NCBI RefSeq assembly: GCF_000091665.1 | Contig: NC_000909.1 | Coordinates: 182,871-214,870, forward strand | Source: Methanocaldococcus jannaschii DSM 2661 | GTDB lineage: Archaea > AGJL01 > Methanococci > Methanococcales > Methanocaldococcaceae | Direction: 5' to 3' | DNA length: 32,000 nt | In this document: positions 27,748 through 32,000 of the stretch, piece after piece | Position numbering within the stretch: position 1 is the stretch's first letter | Layout: every line of letters starts with the position of its first letter | Notes under the pieces: generated by a model | Told to the model about the DNA's origin: nothing | The model's database searches: none | What the model saw: the letters and a program-made list of their open reading frames with translations, nothing else | Made by a program: the position numbers and the translations under genes

Positions 27748-28359
27748 TTAGAATAATTTTTCTGTAATTCTCGCTCTAATTACATTTAAGTTTCTGTTGA
27801 ATATTGCTTCTAAGCTGTTATCCAATGATTTTAATCCATCAGCAGTCTCTATTATACATCCTCCAGCAATATCTACTGGTTCTCCTTTCTTTAATACAGT
27901 TACTTTCTTTGTTGCGTTTTCTACTTCTTTTTCTAAGTTCCATAGTGTTGAATCGTCAATAAGTTCCATATCTCTTTTGTTTAACCTCACAATCAACTCT
28001 CCTCCTCCCAATGAAATAGCTCCATCTTTTATTAATTTTATTAATTTATCTTTATACTCTGGCTGTTCTGGCAGTTTAACAAGTTCCTCTTTTAATTTGT
28101 TTATTGCCATCTCTATAATCTCTTCCTTAGCTTCCAATAACTTTTTCTTTGCCTCTAATTTTGCCTCTGAGATGATTCTGCTTTTAGTCATTTCTGCCTC
28201 TTTTTCTCCTTTCTTTAATATCTCTGCCTTTCTTTTCTCTGCTTCTTCTTTTGCTTTCTCTAAGATTTTAGCTTTTTCTGCTTCAGCTTCAGATATGATT
28301 TTGTTAGCCTCAGCTTTTGCATCATCTAATATCTTTGACTTTATCTTATCAACTCCCAT
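27748..28359 (-). CDS. atpE: A1AO ATP synthase subunit E
   Basis: [39 protein letters not shown]..., a K/E/A-rich coiled coil followed by a globular C-terminus. ATG 28359 lies 5 nt after AGGTGA. The track start at 28368 is the GTG inside that SD. Confidence 0.9.
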   Translation of the reverse strand: MGVDKIKSKILDDAKAEANKIISEAEAEKAKILEKAKEEAEKRKAEILKKGEKEAEMTKSRIISEAKLEAKKKLLEAKEEIIEMAINKLKEELVKLPEQPEYKDKLIKLIKDGAISLGGGELIVRLNKRDMELIDDSTLWNLEKEVENATKKVTVLKKGEPVDIAGGCIIETADGLKSLDNSLEAIFNRNLNVIRARITEKLF

Positions 28360-28424
28360 CAATTTCACCTGTTAAAATTAAATTTTTATAAAAATTTTTA
28401 AATTCAAAGAAGGAGCTGAGTGTT

Positions 28425-29087
28425 TTATTTTATCATAAGCATAATTAAGATTGCTATCAACAAACCAAAGATAGCGAAGGTTTCTGGCATAACTGCCAAA
28501 ACTAACCCCTTACCCATAGCATCTGGGTCTCTTGCTGTGGCTCCAATAGCCCCAGCTGCTGTAATACCTTGCCCAATCCCTGACAATCCAGCAAAACCAA
28601 CTGCAAACCCTGCCCCTAAAGCGGCAACAGTTTCAGCTCCTGCATTGCCTTTAAAGACACCAACTAATAACAAGATGGCTATTAACAAACCATAGATTGC
28701 CTGGGTCTCTGGAAGGACAGAGAAAACCATTGCCTTACCAAATATGCTGTTATCTTCAGCAACAGCTCCCAAACCAGCTGAAGCAGCAATTCCCTGACCA
28801 ATAGCTGATAATCCAGCTAAACCAGCTGCCAAACCAGCGGCAAACATTGCCCATGGTGAAACTGTCTTAAAGACGAACAAGATAAGGATAGCAACTAAAA
28901 ACCCATACAAACCCTGTGTCTGTGGTAACGCTTGGAAAACGATAGCAGTACCAAATTTGTTAGGGTCTTCTGCTACTACACCAGCACCACTTGCTCCTGT
29001 AATACCTGCACCAATTCCAGAACCTAAACCTGCAATACCAACTGCTAAACCAGCACCAACAGCTCCTAAGATTAAAGGATCTACCAT
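28425..29087 (-). CDS. atpK: A1AO ATP synthase proteolipid subunit K, triplicated (six TM helices)
   Basis: 220 aa with three ~72-aa hairpin repeats. Their helix-2 motifs are LPQTQGLYG (Q56), LPETQAIYG (E127) and MPETFAIFG (E202). SD GAGGTGAT is present. Confidence 0.95.
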   Translation of the reverse strand: MVDPLILGAVGAGLAVGIAGLGSGIGAGITGASGAGVVAEDPNKFGTAIVFQALPQTQGLYGFLVAILILFVFKTVSPWAMFAAGLAAGLAGLSAIGQGIAASAGLGAVAEDNSIFGKAMVFSVLPETQAIYGLLIAILLLVGVFKGNAGAETVAALGAGFAVGFAGLSGIGQGITAAGAIGATARDPDAMGKGLVLAVMPETFAIFGLLIAILIMLMIK

Positions 29088-29190
29088 ATAATATCACCTC
29101 ATTTTTGTCTAAGTTTTAAGTTGTATTTTTTGTTTTTATATTTTATTGTTATATTGAGTATTGGAAAGATTTAAATAATCTTGAAAGAAG

Positions 29191-31269
29191 TTAAGCAGTT
29201 GTGTATTCTCTATTTGCCTTGAATGGGCTAAACTTTTTACCTCCACCCTCATAGAACTGACTAAAGAACTCTACATAGTGCAACCTTAGTGAGTGGATAA
29301 ATGCCCCTAAACCATTCATTACGAAGTTAAATGTATGTCCTACCAACAATATGATTATAGCCACAATTATTCCAATTACTGGAATGGATTCACCGACAAG
29401 CTTAGCCATAATATTAACAGCCATTGCTAAACCTCCAGTTGCTAAACAGAGAGCTAACAATCTCGCGTATGATAAAACGTTTCCTAAGAATCCAGTAACA
29501 TCCATAGCTCCAAGAATTGCTTCCATTACTCCTCCGCTCTTATAACCCTTATACATTGAAGCTAAGATTGCCAATACAACAAAGATTCCGATTATTCCTC
29601 CAGCTATCATTGTATTTGCTCCAGCAAACATTAATCCAATTCCAACGAATATTGATAATATCAGCAATATCCAAACTCCCTGATTGATGAAAGCATCTCC
29701 CATATTTCCTCTTTTTACGTTCTCTTTGAATCCAACAAATAATCCAATTAACAGGTGTATTAATCCAACAAATATGGAAAATACTAATATTGCCATTGGC
29801 CCATTTGTTACGCTTATACTACCAAGGGTGAATAATGGGTTGTTGTTATTTATATAGTAGCTTTCTCCTAGTGGATTGACTAAAGCTAATGGTGTCTTTG
29901 TTACATCAAATCCAAAGAACTCATAGGTGAAATCCCCTAAATAACCTCCAGTTATAATACCCATTATAACTGTTGAAATTCCAGCCAATGTTAGAATATA
30001 ACCAAGCTTATTAGCTCCCTCACTAACTTTTCCAATTTTTTTCCAAATAAATAAACCTATTATAGTCAATAGCAAACCATAAACAGCGTCTGTTAGCATA
30101 ATTCCATAGAACAATAGGAAACCAGGAACCAGCAATAATGTTGGATCAACTTCATTGTATTTTGGTAGAGCATACATCTCTGTGAGCATCTCAAATGGTT
30201 TGATAACCTTTGGATTGTCAAGTAGAACAGGTATTTTCTCTTCTGGTTCATCTGGTTCAGTTATTTCAACAAATGCAAAACCATCTGCTGAATTTTCTAT
30301 TAAGCTTTTAGCTTTTTCAGCATCTCTTGCAGGAACCCATGCCTCTATGTAGTATGTTCTATCGGTCTTACCAAATTGTGAATAAGCATCTCCTCTTGCC
30401 TTCTCTATTGATAACAATTCATAAACAGCTAACAATTCCTTTTCCCATTTTTGTGCTAATGCTTTCAACTTTTCTATTAAGCTGTTTCTCTCTGATTCTA
30501 TTGCCTTTAATTCACTCTCTATTTTTGAGAGAGCCTCACTTGGTGTTCCTTCAACATCACTTATGTCATATCTTTCAAACTCAAACTTTCTAATCTCTGA
30601 TAAAACATTCTCAAGCTTCTCTTTCAATGTAACAAATACAATTGGAACCCTAATCTTCTTATCCTTTTCAAATTCACTTCCAGAGAATATTCCAATATAT
30701 CCATCTGCTACTTTATCAAGTTCTGCTTTCAATTCTCCAAGCTTTTCCTTAGGAACACTTCCTGCCCCAATAAATACATACTCTCCAGAACCAAGGTATT
30801 TTAAATCAAACTCTAAACCTTTTAAATAAGATATCTGCTCTTTCAGCTGTAATAACTTTGATTTTTTGTTATCTAACTCTGATAATCTCTCAGCAGGTCC
30901 ATCAACCTCTTTGCTAATCTCATTTAATACCTTTTCAGCATAATCAATAACTTCCTGATATGAGTTGAAGGAAACTTTCTTCTTTTCCACTGGCTTTGGG
31001 TTTAAGATATCTTTTATACTTGTCTCCTTCTGACTAACACTTGAAAACATGTCCAATATTCTACCTGCTTTTATCATCAATGATGTAACATTTCTAACAT
31101 AATCAGCTGATGATGAAGGTGATAACAATGTCTTCCATTCTAAATCCTCCAACTTTTCAGATAAATCACAGAGTTCCACTATCCCTTCTTCATGTAAGCT
31201 TCTTACAACATTATCAATTTTTTCATCCAATATCACCGCTTTTAACTTCTTCATTCTTACGGGTCTCAC
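29191..31269 (-). CDS. atpI: A1AO ATP synthase subunit I (a-subunit homologue)
   Basis: N-terminal RPVRMKKLKAVIL, a long cytoplasmic coiled-coil domain, and C-terminal multi-TM region with the conserved Arg in VLSYARLLALCLATGGLA. GTG 31269 lies 5 nt after AAGGTGA. The track start at 31278 is the GTG within the SD. Confidence 0.9.
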   Translation of the reverse strand: MRPVRMKKLKAVILDEKIDNVVRSLHEEGIVELCDLSEKLEDLEWKTLLSPSSSADYVRNVTSLMIKAGRILDMFSSVSQKETSIKDILNPKPVEKKKVSFNSYQEVIDYAEKVLNEISKEVDGPAERLSELDNKKSKLLQLKEQISYLKGLEFDLKYLGSGEYVFIGAGSVPKEKLGELKAELDKVADGYIGIFSGSEFEKDKKIRVPIVFVTLKEKLENVLSEIRKFEFERYDISDVEGTPSEALSKIESELKAIESERNSLIEKLKALAQKWEKELLAVYELLSIEKARGDAYSQFGKTDRTYYIEAWVPARDAEKAKSLIENSADGFAFVEITEPDEPEEKIPVLLDNPKVIKPFEMLTEMYALPKYNEVDPTLLLVPGFLLFYGIMLTDAVYGLLLTIIGLFIWKKIGKVSEGANKLGYILTLAGISTVIMGIITGGYLGDFTYEFFGFDVTKTPLALVNPLGESYYINNNNPLFTLGSISVTNGPMAILVFSIFVGLIHLLIGLFVGFKENVKRGNMGDAFINQGVWILLILSIFVGIGLMFAGANTMIAGGIIGIFVVLAILASMYKGYKSGGVMEAILGAMDVTGFLGNVLSYARLLALCLATGGLAMAVNIMAKLVGESIPVIGIIVAIIILLVGHTFNFVMNGLGAFIHSLRLHYVEFFSQFYEGGGKKFSPFKANREYTTA

Positions 31270-31286
31270 TAAAATCACCTTTTTAT

Positions 31287-31601
31287 TTAAATTTCAAGAA
31301 TCTCAGACAATTTCAACGAAAGTATCTTAACCTTGGCAATGGATATGATTTCTTTTATCTCTTTTTCTGTCTCTTCAAGAATCTTTTCAGCTTCTTTTTT
31401 TGCTTCTTCCTCTGCCTTTTTAATCATCTCTTCAACAAGTTTTTTTGCCTCTTCTTCAGCTTCAGCAATGAGTTTTTTTGCTTCTTCAATTGCCTCTGCT
31501 TTTATCTGCTCAGCTCTATTTTTTGCTTCCTCTATTTCTTTAACTGCCTGTTCTTCAGCTAATTTTACTTCTTTTATTGCTTCCATAACACTAACGCTCA
31601 T
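31287..31601 (-). CDS. atpH: A1AO ATP synthase subunit H
   Basis: 104 aa, E/A/K-rich helical protein ([32 protein letters not shown]...) in the first position of the operon. SD CAGGTGGAAGT is present. Confidence 0.85.
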
Positions 31602-31639
31602 ACTTCCACCTGCAGTTATTGGTAATATTTTAAAATAGG

Positions 31640-31662
31640 GTTATGTATATAAAATTTTTTAT
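31640..31662 (-). promoter_or_regulatory. candidate atp operon promoter (BRE/TATA)
   Basis: The minus strand reads AAAAAATTTTATATACAT, with TTTATATA at 31646-31653 and purine-rich BRE-like sequence upstream. The predicted TSS is near 31625, leaving a leader of about 24 nt that contains the SD. Confidence 0.35.
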
Positions 31663-31689
31663 CTCTGACTCTATCAAATATTTTTAATA

Positions 31690-32000
31690 TCAAATGTATT
31701 TAGTATAGCAATATATCACAGCTGGAATACTGCCAATAGCAGTGCAAGTTTCTAAAGACACCCTTTTTTCAGTTACATCTAAATGATAGACACAAGATTC
31801 CATTATATCTTTTGGTAGTCCATGCCTACCCAATCCAACATATACGCCAATTGGTTTTTTCTTTAATAAATAGGCAGTATCTAACGGAGTTATAGCCTTT
31901 TTTTCATCTGGTTTGGATGTTGAGGCAATTGGAATTCCAAATTGTGGTAGAAATTTATCAACAATAAAAAATCTATTTTTTTCGATTAATTTTTCTAAAT
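31690..32000 (-). CDS. C-terminal part of a SPOUT-like (trefoil-knot methyltransferase-like) protein; the gene starts beyond the window end
   Basis: The minus-strand frame is open from the window edge to TGA (31690-31692): ...PIGVYVGLGRHGLPKDIMESCVYHLDVTEKRVSLETCTAIGSIPAVIYCYTKYI*. The GLG-x-HGLP ... SLE...AIG pattern resembles SPOUT C-terminal knots. It is not in the ORF track because there is no in-window start. Confidence 0.4.
   Translation of the reverse strand, partial: LEKLIEKNRFFIVDKFLPQFGIPIASTSKPDEKKAITPLDTAYLLKKKPIGVYVGLGRHGLPKDIMESCVYHLDVTEKRVSLETCTAIGSIPAVIYCYTKYI

Noticed and set aside
27797-28375. 192-aa ORF antisense to atpE
   Set aside because: It is low-complexity and Ser/Phe/Ile-rich, the mirror image of a K/E/A-rich coiled-coil gene (AAA/GAA/GCT codons read backwards avoid stops). 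It has no SD and sits fully inside a well-supported gene.
28420-28695. 91-aa Pro/Ala-rich ORF antisense to atpK
   Set aside because: It is the reverse complement of Gly/Ala-rich proteolipid codons. It overlaps a strongly supported gene and has no start context.
31110-31638. Plus-strand ORFs of 150 aa and 101 aa antisense to atpI and atpH
   Set aside because: Same artefact: Phe/Ser/Leu/Cys-rich low-complexity translations opposite E/K/A-rich helical genes, with no ribosome-binding sites.
1-32000. Search for CRISPR repeats, IS/transposase or integrase genes, prophage blocks, toxin-antitoxin pairs, restriction-modification or other defence systems, rRNA genes
   Set aside because: I saw no regularly spaced direct repeats, no transposase- or integrase-like ORFs, and no terminal inverted repeats flanking a cargo. 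Apart from 1-1300 the window is contiguous core metabolism and information-processing genes.

Overview
This is an AT-rich, gene-dense archaeal chromosome segment with GGTGA-type Shine-Dalgarno sites. Gene order and protein sequences match what I recall of Methanocaldococcus jannaschii, roughly the MJ0184-MJ0224 neighbourhood; that is recollection and needs BLAST confirmation. Layout: (1) 1-1300 is a small, apparently decaying accessory corner. It holds a KAP-type P-loop NTPase with a TGA inside its Walker A motif, a membrane gene split at an A7 run, and a micro-ORF. (2) A tight minus-strand operon encodes a CBS-pair/ParB-Srx fusion, then cgi121, then argJ. (3) tRNA-Ser(GGA) is followed by the conserved cluster rps13-rps4-rps11-rpoD-rpl18e-rpl13-rps9-rpoN-tRNA-Pro-rpoK, then a GC-rich multi-hairpin element and a degenerate enolase-like gene. 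(4) Housekeeping and coenzyme genes follow: ferredoxin, hypC, a DedA-like protein, DUF89, purM, purF, asd, a DmrX-like flavoprotein, phosphopantothenate synthetase, sucC, a sugar epimerase, alba, hypA and a Cys-phosphatase. (5) The A1AO ATP synthase operon atpH-I-K-E-C-F-A-B lies on the minus strand, followed by a partial SPOUT-like gene at the window end. I saw no rRNA, CRISPR array, IS element, integrase or prophage signature. I did not find a convincing novel multi-gene system; this is mostly core genome. The observations most worth a second look are: the unannotated GC-rich structured element at 8255-8394; a relic second atpE 3' end between atpE and atpC that differs from the live copy only at synonymous sites; a predicted N-terminal transmembrane extension on AtpC; the CBS-ParB/Srx fusion co-operonic with cgi121; the enolase-like pseudoenzyme in the ancestral eno slot; and the TGA-interrupted KAP NTPase.
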